Below, one piece after another: positions 9,664 through 18,191 of a stretch of 64,000 bases of DNA. Numbering within the stretch: the first letter of the stretch is position 1; every line of letters begins with the position of its first letter. Source of the DNA: an uncultured bacterium (GTDB lineage Bacteria > Patescibacteriota > Patescibacteriia > SG8-24 > DYFX01). The stretch lies in assembly GCA_937900255.1 (NCBI GenBank), contig CALCDZ010000004.1:198391-262390 (forward strand), in the 5' to 3' direction. The notes under the pieces are model-generated. The model saw nothing but the letters and a program-made list of their open reading frames with translations. It searched no databases and was not told where the DNA came from. A program made the position numbers and the translations under genes.

Positions 9664-10788
9664 ATGCGCAAGCGGACCGTCGATTACTTCCTGTTGGCCC
9701 TGACGGCCGGCCTCACGGCCTTCGGCCTGGTCATGCTGAATTCCGCCACGTCATACGTGGCGTTCCAGAAGTACGGCGACAGCTATTTCTTCTTCAAGCG
9801 GCAATTGCTGTATGGCGTGCTGCCCGGCTTCGTCCTGCTGTTCCTCGTTTCGCGCGTTTCCGTCGACCGCCTGAAGAGTCTCGCGCCTTACATGCTCCCG
9901 TCCGCCGCGGCGCTGCTCCTGCTCGGGTTCATCCCCGGGCTGCGCGCCGGATACGGCACCGGCTCCTGGCTGAACGTCTTTGGCGCTTCGCTGCAGCCTT
10001 CGGAACCTGCCAAGCTGTTCCTGATCCTGTACTTCGCCTGGTGGCTGGCGCGCCGCGACGAGGCGGTTATCAAAGGCTTCTGGACCGGGTTCGTGCCGTT
10101 CACGATCTCGGTCGGCGTCGTGATCGCCCTCATGATGGCGCAGCGCGACCTCGGCACCACGGCCGTCATCGTGGCGTTCCTCTTCACCATGTACATCTCG
10201 GCGGGCGCGCCTCTCAGGCATCTGGCGATCCTCTTCGGCGCCGGGTTCGCCATGTTCCTCGTCTTCATCAAGATCGCGCCATACCGCGCCGACCGCCTCA
10301 AGATCTTCCTGCACCCGGAACTCGATCCTCAAGGCGTCGGTTATCACATCAACCAGGCGATGTTGGCGATCGGCTCGGGCGGCTGGTTCGGTTTGGGCTT
10401 GGGGAACTCGCTGCAGAAGCATCAGTACCTGCCGGAAGTCGCCGGCGATTCCATCTTCGCCATCATCGCCGAGGAACTCGGGTTCCTCTTCTCGGCGCTG
10501 CTCATCATCGGTTTCATGCTTCTCATCCGCCACGGCCTCAAGATCGCCGAACGGACGAGCGATCCGTTCTCTCGTTATGCCGCCGTCGGCATCACGGCCT
10601 GGATCGGCTTCCAGGCCATCCTGAACATCTCGGCCATGGTCGGCCTGACGCCGCTCACCGGCGTGCCGCTGCCTTTCATCAGTCATGGCGGCTCCGCCAT
10701 GCTCGCGAACCTCGCCTCCATCGGGGTCCTGGCCGCCATCTCCGCCGACGGCAACGGCATCGCTCGCCCGCGACGCCGTTTCGCCTGA
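9664..10788 (+). CDS. ftsW: SEDS-family peptidoglycan glycosyltransferase FtsW/RodA
   Basis: 374 aa with a 10-TM SEDS topology and conserved FtsW/RodA blocks. It sits immediately upstream of murG. Confidence 0.8.
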   Translation: MRKRTVDYFLLALTAGLTAFGLVMLNSATSYVAFQKYGDSYFFFKRQLLYGVLPGFVLLFLVSRVSVDRLKSLAPYMLPSAAALLLLGFIPGLRAGYGTGSWLNVFGASLQPSEPAKLFLILYFAWWLARRDEAVIKGFWTGFVPFTISVGVVIALMMAQRDLGTTAVIVAFLFTMYISAGAPLRHLAILFGAGFAMFLVFIKIAPYRADRLKIFLHPELDPQGVGYHINQAMLAIGSGGWFGLGLGNSLQKHQYLPEVAGDSIFAIIAEELGFLFSALLIIGFMLLIRHGLKIAERTSDPFSRYAAVGITAWIGFQAILNISAMVGLTPLTGVPLPFISHGGSAMLANLASIGVLAAISADGNGIARPRRRFA

Positions 10789-10835
10789 GAGGCGATCCTT
10801 GTTCCGCCGCCGGAGAACCGCTAAGCTGGAAGCCT

Positions 10836-11909
10836 ATGAAGATCCTGTTCGCCGGGGGAGGTACGCTCGGTCCGGTCACGCCGCTTTTGGCGGTGGCCGA
10901 CGAGATCCGCCGAGACCGGCCTGATATCGAATGCGTCTTCGTCGGCACGCCCGAAGGGCCGGAGCGCAGGTTGGTCGAAGAGGCGGGATTCCGGTTCCTC
11001 GCGCTCGCTTCGCCTAAGTTCCGGAGGTATTTCGATCTCAAGACGTTAGCCTTGCCGATCGAGTTCGGTGCGGCGCTTTGGAACGCCGGGCGGATCGTCG
11101 CGCGGGAAAAGCCCGCCCTGGTCGTCGGGGCAGGCGGGTACGTGCAGGTGGCGCTCGGCTATGCCGCCAAGCTCGCCGGGAAGAAGCTGCTGCTGCATCA
11201 GCAGGATGTCGTGCCGTCGCTCAGCAATCGGCTGCTCGCGCCGTTCGCCGATGCCATCACGACCGTCTTCAAGATTTCCGAGAACGATTTCCCGGCGGCG
11301 AAGACCGAGACCGTCGGGAATCCGGTGCGGAGATCGATCGAGGAGGGGAGCCGCGAGAAGGGGTTGAAGTCGCTCGGCTTCACCGGCGAACGGCCCGTCG
11401 TCCTGGCGTTCGGCGGCGGCACCGGTTCCGCGTTCCTCAACGAGATGATCGCGCTCGCGTCGGCGCACTGGACGGGGTTCGCCGACTTGGTCCACATCAC
11501 AGGCCTTGAGAAAGCGCCCGGCCGGCTGCCTCCGCTCGAACATCCCGAACGTTATCGCCGGGTGGAATTCGTCGGCGCCGACATCGCGCATCTCATGGCC
11601 GCCGCCGATGCGGTCATCGGGCGCTCCGGCATGGGCACGCTGACCGAGCTGGCCGCCTTGGCCAAGCCGGTCATCCTGGTGCCGATCGCCGGCTCGCATC
11701 AGGAGAAGAACGCCGAGTACGTCGTCGAACACGGCGGTGCGCGCATGTTCCGCGAGCTTGACCTGACGCCGGAGCAGCTCGTCACCTTCACCCATGAGCT
11801 GCTCAAGAAGCCGGAGGAGGCGCGGCATCTCGGGATGCGCCTCCAGGCGATCTTCCGGCCCGGTGCCAGGCGCGCGCTGGCCGACAAGGCGCTCTCCTTG
11901 CTATCATGA
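10836..11909 (+). CDS. murG: UDP-GlcNAc:undecaprenyl-PP-MurNAc-pentapeptide GlcNAc transferase MurG
   Basis: MKILFAGGGTLGPVTPLLAVADE... is a glycine-rich GT28 N-terminal loop. The C-terminal region has the typical MurG UDP-GlcNAc binding sequence. The 622-aa track ORF from 10041 is an artefactual upstream extension across ftsW. Confidence 0.85.
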   Translation: MKILFAGGGTLGPVTPLLAVADEIRRDRPDIECVFVGTPEGPERRLVEEAGFRFLALASPKFRRYFDLKTLALPIEFGAALWNAGRIVAREKPALVVGAGGYVQVALGYAAKLAGKKLLLHQQDVVPSLSNRLLAPFADAITTVFKISENDFPAAKTETVGNPVRRSIEEGSREKGLKSLGFTGERPVVLAFGGGTGSAFLNEMIALASAHWTGFADLVHITGLEKAPGRLPPLEHPERYRRVEFVGADIAHLMAAADAVIGRSGMGTLTELAALAKPVILVPIAGSHQEKNAEYVVEHGGARMFRELDLTPEQLVTFTHELLKKPEEARHLGMRLQAIFRPGARRALADKALSLLS

Positions 11910-12011
11910 CGCCCATATGAAGCCAAACCGCATCATCTTCTTGGCCGCCGGGTTGCTGCTCGTCGGCGCCGGTTGCGCCGCGCCCACCCCCTCCGTACCG
12001 GAAACGCCGGC

Positions 12012-12569
12012 ATGTCAGCGCCGGCCTCCACCCCTCCGGCCGCCCCGATGGAACCGCCAATCATCCAGAATAAACCAAAATCCACCGCTATGCAGAAGAC
12101 ATGGACATTCCCCGGCGTCCTGCCGGAGAACCAGATCGCGAACCGGGAGATCCGCATCAAGACCGCGAAGGGCGACATCGTCTTCGAGCTGTTCGACAAG
12201 GAGGCTCCCAAGACCGTCTCGAACTTCGTCTATCTGGCCAAAGGCGGCTTCTATGACGGCTTGACGTTCCATCGTCGCGAAGAGGGTTTCGTCATCCAGG
12301 GCGGCGACCCGAACGGCAACGGCACGGGCGGTCCCGGTTATCGCTTCGAGGACGAGAAGGCCACTCGCCCGTATACGCGCGGCATCGTCGCCATGGCCAA
12401 CGCCGGTCCGGACACGAACGGCAGCCAATTCTTCGTCATGCTGGCCGACGTGCCCCTGCCGCCCAACTACACGATTTTCGGCCAAGTCACGAAAGGCATG
12501 GATGTGGTCGATGCCATCAAGGTCGGTGACGTCATGACGAACGTGATGGTCGAGGCTAGGTCCAAATAG
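12012..12569 (+). CDS. ppiB: Peptidyl-prolyl cis-trans isomerase, cyclophilin type; the N-terminus is uncertain (see the frameshift finding)
   Basis: Cyclophilin core FHRREEGFVIQGGDPNGNGTGGPGYRFEDE and QFFVMLADVPLPPNYTIFGQV. The nearest in-frame ATG is at 12012. A lipoprotein signal peptide ORF starting at 11917 lies in the -1 frame. Confidence 0.75.
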   Translation: MSAPASTPPAAPMEPPIIQNKPKSTAMQKTWTFPGVLPENQIANREIRIKTAKGDIVFELFDKEAPKTVSNFVYLAKGGFYDGLTFHRREEGFVIQGGDPNGNGTGGPGYRFEDEKATRPYTRGIVAMANAGPDTNGSQFFVMLADVPLPPNYTIFGQVTKGMDVVDAIKVGDVMTNVMVEARSK

Positions 12570-12570
12570 C

Positions 12571-12984
12571 ATGTCGGGGAACCGGAAACCCGTCGCGCAC
12601 TCGGTCGCGCTTTGGGTCCTTTGCGGGCTCGTCGTATCGATGCTCCTCGCCGCATGGGGCTACTTTTCCGTCCTCGCGCGGCTCCGGCGGGACGTGGTGC
12701 AGGCGAAAGCTCCGAAGAGCGCGTCTTCCATGCAGGAACGGCAGCCTTCCTTGTTCGGCATGATTTCCGGCATCCAAGGCCGCCGCCTGAAAGTCGAATC
12801 GAAACAGGGGTATACCGAAATCCTTTTCGACGAGGATACGGCCATCTCGTCCGGTGCGGGTAAGGCCCTCTCGGACTCGCAGCTTTCCGTGGGCGCGGTC
12901 ATCACCGCGACCGGCAAGGATTTGGGTGGCGGACGGATGGGCGCAGCTGCCATCGTCGTCCTGGACGACTCCGCGCAGCCGTGA
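12571..12984 (+). CDS. Hypothetical membrane-anchored protein
   Basis: 137 aa with an N-terminal TM helix. No recognisable motif. Confidence 0.4.
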   Translation: MSGNRKPVAHSVALWVLCGLVVSMLLAAWGYFSVLARLRRDVVQAKAPKSASSMQERQPSLFGMISGIQGRRLKVESKQGYTEILFDEDTAISSGAGKALSDSQLSVGAVITATGKDLGGGRMGAAAIVVLDDSAQP

Positions 12985-14429
12985 CGCACCCTGTGGGCCC
13001 GCTGCCGCCGCTCACGCCCGAGGTCTTTTATGCGTACGCAAAGTGCCCCAACTGGGCGTATTGGGATCTTTTCGGCGACCCGGCCAAGAAGGGTTCGGTC
13101 CCGCCCATGCTCCAGAGGCTGCGCGAGGACGGCGTGCTGCATGAGAAGGAAGTGATCGCGCGGCTCGGCGCGTTCGAAGAAGCGCCGTCGCGCATGGCCG
13201 TTTCCGACGCGGCGACCGAGACTCTGGAGCTGATGCGTCGGGGCTCCGCGCTCATCTATCAAGGCACGCTCGCGGACGGTGACTGGGCGGGACGCCCGGA
13301 CCTGCTCCGTCGCGTCCCGGGATCGTCGAAGTTCGGCGACTGGATGTATGAGGCGGTCGACATCAAGTCGTCCCGCCAGGTGAGCGACGTCCACAAGCTG
13401 CAGCTGGTCTTTTACGCGCTGCTGCTCAAGAAGGTCCAAGGCGTGAAACCGGACGAAGGCAGGATCATCAACATCGACGGCGACGAGCTTTCGTTCCCGA
13501 TCGACGAAGCCGAGCCGGATTTCTTCGAGGCGCTCGACCGTATCCTGGCGATCCGGGCGGGGGAGAAGCCGCAGGCGCTCTTCACGTCGTCCTGCAAGGA
13601 TTCGCCGTGGTACGAGGAGTGCAAGCGCGAAGCCGAGGAGGCCGACGACATCGGGCTGCTCTATAAGATCTATAAGAGCGAATACCGGCGGCTGCGCGAG
13701 GCCGGGTATCGCACGCTGGCGCAGCTCGCTGCCGCCGACCTCGCGACGCTGCAGGAATCGGTGAGGGGCGTTTCCGGCCATCGGCTGGAACGGTTGCGGC
13801 TCCAGGCGCAGTCGCTGCACGAGAAGAAGGATATCCGCATCGAGGACCCGGGCCTGCCGGTTTCGGACGTCGAGCTGTTCTTCGACATCGAAGGCGATCC
13901 GATGATCGGCCTCGAGTACCTGCACGGCCTCCTGATCCGCGAGAACGGCACGGAGCGCTACCGGGCTTTCACCGCCGAAGCGCCCGAGGACGAAGGCGCA
14001 GCGTGGCTGTCCTTCTGCGATTTCATCGAGGGCTATGCCGGCGCGCCGATCTATCATTACGGCTGGTACGAGCTCGACGCCATCAGGCGACTGGGCGCCA
14101 AGCACGGCATCTCCCGCAAGGCCGCCATCGCGCTCGATCCCTCCAACATGATCGACCTCAACCGCGTGGCTCAGCGCTCCGTCATCTTCCCGCTCTATTT
14201 CTACTCGCTGAAGGACGTGGCGCGCCACCTCGGCTTCCGCTGGCGCGCCGCCGACGCTTCCGGCGCCAACTCGGTGCTTTGGTTCCAGGAATGGCGCGAA
14301 AAAGGCGACCGCGCGCTCTTGCGGAAGATCACCGACTATAACGAAGACGACGTACGGGCCACGGCCGTCCTCAAGGATTGGCTGGCGTTCCAGTCGCCGC
14401 CAGGATGCGGAACGCCCGATGTTCGCTGA
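12981..14429 (+). CDS. RecB-family nuclease, TM0106-type (PD-(D/E)xK N-domain plus RNase H-like C-domain)
   Basis: N-terminal Cas4/RecB-like YAKCPNWAYW and YEAVDIKS (D-x-K). C-terminal FFDIEGDP and YNEDDV exonuclease-like motifs. 482 aa. Confidence 0.6.
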   Translation: MTHPVGPLPPLTPEVFYAYAKCPNWAYWDLFGDPAKKGSVPPMLQRLREDGVLHEKEVIARLGAFEEAPSRMAVSDAATETLELMRRGSALIYQGTLADGDWAGRPDLLRRVPGSSKFGDWMYEAVDIKSSRQVSDVHKLQLVFYALLLKKVQGVKPDEGRIINIDGDELSFPIDEAEPDFFEALDRILAIRAGEKPQALFTSSCKDSPWYEECKREAEEADDIGLLYKIYKSEYRRLREAGYRTLAQLAAADLATLQESVRGVSGHRLERLRLQAQSLHEKKDIRIEDPGLPVSDVELFFDIEGDPMIGLEYLHGLLIRENGTERYRAFTAEAPEDEGAAWLSFCDFIEGYAGAPIYHYGWYELDAIRRLGAKHGISRKAAIALDPSNMIDLNRVAQRSVIFPLYFYSLKDVARHLGFRWRAADASGANSVLWFQEWREKGDRALLRKITDYNEDDVRATAVLKDWLAFQSPPGCGTPDVR

Positions 14430-15249
14430 AGTTCTGCACGAAGCCATTTTCGAGCGAGGCACGGACGGAAAGGTCGTAATCGCCGGGGACGGCGGTGAAG
14501 GGTGCCGTCCAGAGACCGGCCGTATCGGCAGGGGAGGCTTCCAATCTTCGGAGATCGCCCGCAGCATCCTTGATTTCGAAGATCATGCCGACGGCCGTGG
14601 CGTTCCCGATACGGACGGAAACGTCGAAGGGATCGTCTTGAACCGCTTCGGCGGCAGGGAAGAGGATCGCGAGCGTCGGAGCGACGTCGGGCGCCGGCGG
14701 CTCCAGCCGGTTTGCGGCCGGTGAGACGTCGACCCGTCGCGTCGGGGAACTGACGCTTCGCCCGTCCCTCGAGAACGCGTCCAGACGTACATCGTAGGTC
14801 TGTCCGGGCGGGACATTGAAGACGGCTTGCCATGCGCCGTCCGGCGCGCGCGTCGCGGAGAAGTCCCGATCGAATCCCGTGCGGGATTCGACATGGAAGT
14901 CCGCGACGAGGACGGGGAAGCCGATGACGGTTCCGGAGGCGCTGATCACGTTGCTTTCCTGGTGCGCGAGGCCGGCCATGATCGTCAGGAACGGAGCGGC
15001 GGAGACGTCCGGCTGGACGGCGATTTCCGGTGCCGGTTCCGGCTCAACACTGGAGGCGGCGCGCCGGAGCGTCAATCGCCTGATCCCGTCGGCGGATGTC
15101 TCGATGACCGTACCGGCGACGCGCAGGACCTCAGGGCCCGCGAGCAGCGACAGGAAAAGCGCCATCGCTCCGAGGGCGACGTGTCGGCGCGTCCTATGGT
15201 CGTCGAGGCGCGCGAGCTTCTCTTGGAACCGATGACGGAATCCTTTCAT
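14371..15249 (-). CDS. Hypothetical secreted or membrane-anchored protein
   Basis: 292 aa with an N-terminal hydrophobic signal/anchor (ALGAMALFLSLLAG). A TGgTAAAAT extended -10 lies 12 nt upstream. It overlaps the 3' end of the nuclease gene by 59 nt in convergent orientation. Confidence 0.45.
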   Translation of the reverse strand: MKGFRHRFQEKLARLDDHRTRRHVALGAMALFLSLLAGPEVLRVAGTVIETSADGIRRLTLRRAASSVEPEPAPEIAVQPDVSAAPFLTIMAGLAHQESNVISASGTVIGFPVLVADFHVESRTGFDRDFSATRAPDGAWQAVFNVPPGQTYDVRLDAFSRDGRSVSSPTRRVDVSPAANRLEPPAPDVAPTLAILFPAAEAVQDDPFDVSVRIGNATAVGMIFEIKDAAGDLRRLEASPADTAGLWTAPFTAVPGDYDLSVRASLENGFVQNFSEHRAFRILAATGTPANP

Positions 15250-15280
15250 GGCTCGGGGTGCTACGCGGGCATTTTACCAC

Positions 15281-15312
15281 GAAAAGCAAAGAACCGGGGT
15301 CACCGGTTCTCG
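15281..15312 (-). terminator. Rho-independent terminator of the Cys-rich gene
   Basis: On the minus strand, GAACCGG-tgacc-CCGGTTC is followed by TTTGCTTTTCG. The stop codon sits in the loop. Confidence 0.5.
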
Positions 15313-15479
15313 CATCCGCAGGCGTCGCCTTTGCAGCAGCCTGCCGTTTCGTTCTGGGCGGAGCAGTCGCATCCGTCGCAGCCCTTGTCCGGGCACTCGG
15401 AGCAGCACCCGTCCTTGCCCTTTTCGTCCGTCATCCCTTCCTCTTTCGGCTCGCCGTGATTCTTGCAGCATTCTTCCAT
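15300..15479 (-). CDS. Cys-rich metallothionein-like small protein (59 aa, 12 Cys); it falls below the 60-aa cutoff of the ORF track
   Basis: Reverse complement reads MEECCKNHGEPKEEGMTDEKGKDGCCSECPDKGCDGCDCSAQNETAGCCKGDACGCENR*. It has its own sigma70-like promoter (TTTACA-17-TATCCT) and an intrinsic terminator immediately after the stop. Confidence 0.5.
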   Translation of the reverse strand: MEECCKNHGEPKEEGMTDEKGKDGCCSECPDKGCDGCDCSAQNETAGCCKGDACGCENR

Positions 15480-15496
15480 AAGATTGGTTCGCGTCC

Positions 15497-15545
15497 AGGA
15501 TACGCTTTGCCGGAGGTTTTGTAAAGGTTTTTCCTGTGGTATGAT
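15497..15545. promoter_or_regulatory. Face-to-face divergent promoters
   Basis: Minus strand: TTTACA (15525..15520), 17-nt spacer, TATCCT (15502..15497). Plus strand: TTGTAA (15518-15523), 16-nt spacer, extended -10 TGgTATGAT (15537-15545). The two -35 regions overlap. Confidence 0.4.
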
Positions 15546-15556
15546 CGGTCCATCTT

Positions 15557-15754
15557 ATGGATACTTCTCCCATGCCGCAGCGGGACCGTCTCGATACCGC
15601 CATCAAGGCGCTGACCATTGTCAAGCTGCTCTTCCAGCTGGCGTGGTACGGCCTGCTGGTGGGCAGCACCATCTGGATCCTGATCGACAATCCCTTGCCG
15701 AGGGTGATCCGCGGCATCCAGGAGCAGGTGGTCAGTTCCTTCATCGGCAAGTGA
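15557..15754 (+). CDS. Hypothetical small membrane protein (65 aa)
   Basis: Hydrophobic core LTIVKLLFQLAWYGLLVGSTIWILI. It lies downstream of the extended -10 promoter. Confidence 0.4.
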   Translation: MDTSPMPQRDRLDTAIKALTIVKLLFQLAWYGLLVGSTIWILIDNPLPRVIRGIQEQVVSSFIGK

Positions 15755-15755
15755 C

Positions 15756-16100
15756 ATGAAGGCCGGCGCTTCCATGCTGTGCCTGCTGTGGTTCGCCGCC
15801 GCGGCTGTCGTCGGCTTCCGCCTGACGGCCCGCGATTTCCGCTGGGTCGATCGGCCTGGGTTCGGTTTCCCGCCGCTTCGATCGGCGGCAGGTTCCGTGA
15901 ATCCTTCCAAGCTCCCGCTGCTTCACTTGGATGTCCCTGGTTACCAGGTCCCCCAAGCCTTGAAGGACCGTCTCAAACAAGTCACGCCGCAGCAGTTCGC
16001 CTGCCTGCGCGTGGCCGTGAAGCCCGACCGCATCCAATCCGCGCTCCAAGGCAGGCTTACCGCCGAGGAAGCCGCCGCCGTCGAAGCATGCTTCAAATAA
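15756..16100 (+). CDS. Hypothetical secreted protein
   Basis: 114 aa with the signal peptide MKAGASMLCLLWFAAAAVVG. Its ATG overlaps the stop of the upstream gene. Confidence 0.4.
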   Translation: MKAGASMLCLLWFAAAAVVGFRLTARDFRWVDRPGFGFPPLRSAAGSVNPSKLPLLHLDVPGYQVPQALKDRLKQVTPQQFACLRVAVKPDRIQSALQGRLTAEEAAAVEACFK

Positions 16101-16105
16101 GCCGT

Positions 16106-16660
16106 ATGATCAAACGACCGAGACGTCTCCATCTTCTCATCATCGCGGCAAGCCTCGCGCTCCTGGCGGCCGGTGCCTGGTTCTATTCGAACGCCAGCGA
16201 CCCGGTCCCCGGAATCCCGGCGCGCACGGCGGGGCTCTCCGCTCCAGCTGTCGCAGCCAAGTCGGACATGGACGTCACGCTGTACTTCCCGAACGCCAAA
16301 CTCGGATCCGACCTGGATTGCGGCAAGGTCTTTCCGGTGCGCCGTTCGATCGCCGATACGGTCAATGACGGAGCGTTGCAGCAGCTGCTCAAGGGTCCGA
16401 CGTCGGACGAGCGGAAGCTCGGTTACGTCACGTCGATCCCTTCCGGCGTGAAGGTCGGCTCCGTCACTCGCCGCAAGATCGCCGCCGGCACGCAGGTCCT
16501 CGTCGACCTCAGCGCCGAGATGAGGACGGTCTCCGGTTCCTGCCGCGTCGCGTCGGCGCGCGCGCAGATCGAACAGACGCTCCTTCACGCGCAGCCCGAC
16601 CCGCCCGCGTCCGTCGTCATCTCGGTCGAAGGAGAGACTTCATCCGCCTTGCAACCCTGA
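16106..16660 (+). CDS. GerMN-domain (sporulation/germination-like) membrane-anchored protein
   Basis: Starts MIKRPRRLHLLIIAASLALLAAG. The domain region DVTLYFPNAKLGSD...VNDGALQQLLKGPTSDERKLGYVTSIP resembles GerM/LpqB GerMN. The call is a judgement from resemblance. Confidence 0.45.
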   Translation: MIKRPRRLHLLIIAASLALLAAGAWFYSNASDPVPGIPARTAGLSAPAVAAKSDMDVTLYFPNAKLGSDLDCGKVFPVRRSIADTVNDGALQQLLKGPTSDERKLGYVTSIPSGVKVGSVTRRKIAAGTQVLVDLSAEMRTVSGSCRVASARAQIEQTLLHAQPDPPASVVISVEGETSSALQP

Positions 16661-16662
16661 CC

Positions 16663-17127
16663 ATGCCTACCACGCCCGCGCTTCCCCAACCCGAGATCGA
16701 ACACCTCTACGCCGCCGGCTGGGCCGCGCTCCAAGCCGAAATGCTGAGCGAAGCTGAAGAGGCCTTTTTGGGCGTCCTCGCCAGCGATCCCTGGCATGCC
16801 GATGCCTTGAACGGGCTCGGGACGGTCTATTTCCATGAGAAGCGCCTGGATGAGGCTGAAGCGATGTATGCGAGCGGCAAGAAATCCGTCCTGAAGTTCT
16901 TCAAGGACAAGATGCCGGATCATGTCGATTGGGCCGCCCCGCATGACCGTACCCTCATCCGTTCGCTGCACGGATTGGCGCTGGTCGAGTACCGGCGCGG
17001 CAAGACCGCCACGGCCGAGAAGATGTTCGAAGAGATCGTCAGGCTCAACCCGAAGGACAACACCGGCGCGCGCTTCCTGGCCATGGACATCCGCAAGGGC
17101 AAGAAGACCTGGGATCAGAAATCATGA
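16663..17127 (+). CDS. TPR-repeat protein
   Basis: TPR-like helical repeats (AEEAFLGVLASDPWHADALNGLGTVYF...). Confidence 0.55.
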   Translation: MPTTPALPQPEIEHLYAAGWAALQAEMLSEAEEAFLGVLASDPWHADALNGLGTVYFHEKRLDEAEAMYASGKKSVLKFFKDKMPDHVDWAAPHDRTLIRSLHGLALVEYRRGKTATAEKMFEEIVRLNPKDNTGARFLAMDIRKGKKTWDQKS

Positions 17128-18182
17128 GGAAGCTCTTCGGCGCGATCCTCCTGCTCGCCGCCGTCGGCGGCTATCTGCACTACGTGCAGGGTTGGGATTG
17201 GGCGCGCTTGAAGCGCACGCGCGCCGTCGCGCTCGTCTTGCGCGAGGACGCTTCTGCTACGACCACGCCGATCGGCGCGCGCGGCACAGGCACGCATTGG
17301 GAAACGGCCGCCCCGATGCCGGGCGCCCGCACGGAATTCGGCGCCGTGACCGTCGGCGATCGCATCTACGCGATCGGAGGGATCGACGGCTACATGCGGA
17401 CGCTCGACGCGGTCCAATCCTACGACGTCGTCTCCGATACATGGCGGGACGAGCCCAAGCTGCCGATGCCGATCCATCATCCGGCCGTGGCGACCGACGG
17501 CGCGAACGTGTACGTGCTCGGAGGCTTCACCGGCCTGGCCTCGCGCCCGCTCGACAGCGCTTATGCCTACGATCCGAAGACGCGCTCCTGGCGGGAGATC
17601 GGGCGACTGAACGATTTTCGGGGAGGAGCGGCCGCGGCGTTCTTGGGCGACCGCCTTTATGTCATGGCGGGCCGGACCGGCGGAGGCGTCGATGGCGCGC
17701 TCGAGTACTATGACGCCGCCCGGGGCGGATGGAACGGGTTGAAAGGGTTGTCCGTCCCTCGGACCCTGTTCCAAGCCGCCGCCCTTGATGGGAAGCTCTA
17801 CGCGATCGGCGGGAACAGAGGCTCGGTCTCGACGAGCTTGTCGGACGTCGAGTCTTACGATCCCGTAGCGAACGAGTGGAAGGGAGTCGGCGCGATGTCC
17901 GCTGCACGAAGCGGGTTCGCTTCGGTCGTCGTCGACGGTTCCGTTTACGCGATCGGCGGCGAAGGCAAGGCCGGCGTGCTGGGGCTCGTGGAAGCCTTCG
18001 ATCCCAAGAAGGGCGTTTGGTCGAAGCTCAGTCCCGGACTGCCGGATCCCCGGCGTGGACTCGCGGCCGCCGCTTGGAAGAACCGCATCTACGTCTTGGG
18101 CGGCGGGCGCCGCTCCGGACTCTCGGTCACCGACCTCAACAGCGTGCTGATCCTCGACGGTTCGGCCGCGAAAAAACGCTGA
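17124..18182 (+). CDS. Kelch-repeat beta-propeller protein
   Basis: Six repeats of the type (D/G)RIYAIGG...W with the periodicity of a Kelch motif. N-terminal signal/anchor. Confidence 0.65.
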   Translation: MRKLFGAILLLAAVGGYLHYVQGWDWARLKRTRAVALVLREDASATTTPIGARGTGTHWETAAPMPGARTEFGAVTVGDRIYAIGGIDGYMRTLDAVQSYDVVSDTWRDEPKLPMPIHHPAVATDGANVYVLGGFTGLASRPLDSAYAYDPKTRSWREIGRLNDFRGGAAAAFLGDRLYVMAGRTGGGVDGALEYYDAARGGWNGLKGLSVPRTLFQAAALDGKLYAIGGNRGSVSTSLSDVESYDPVANEWKGVGAMSAARSGFASVVVDGSVYAIGGEGKAGVLGLVEAFDPKKGVWSKLSPGLPDPRRGLAAAAWKNRIYVLGGGRRSGLSVTDLNSVLILDGSAAKKR

Positions 18183-18191
18183 CGACTTCCA

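Noticed and set aside
7203-9671. 822-aa minus-strand ORF
   Set aside because: It is fully antisense to lon, which has unambiguous Walker/protease motifs. The amino-acid composition is the Arg/Ala/Gly-rich type typical of antisense frames in high-GC DNA.
10041-11909. 622-aa plus-strand ORF read as one protein
   Set aside because: The MurG homology begins at ATG 10836. The upstream 265 codons overlap ftsW out of frame.
12660-14567. 635-aa minus-strand ORF
   Set aside because: It is antisense to the RecB-family nuclease and the upstream hypothetical gene. No motifs.
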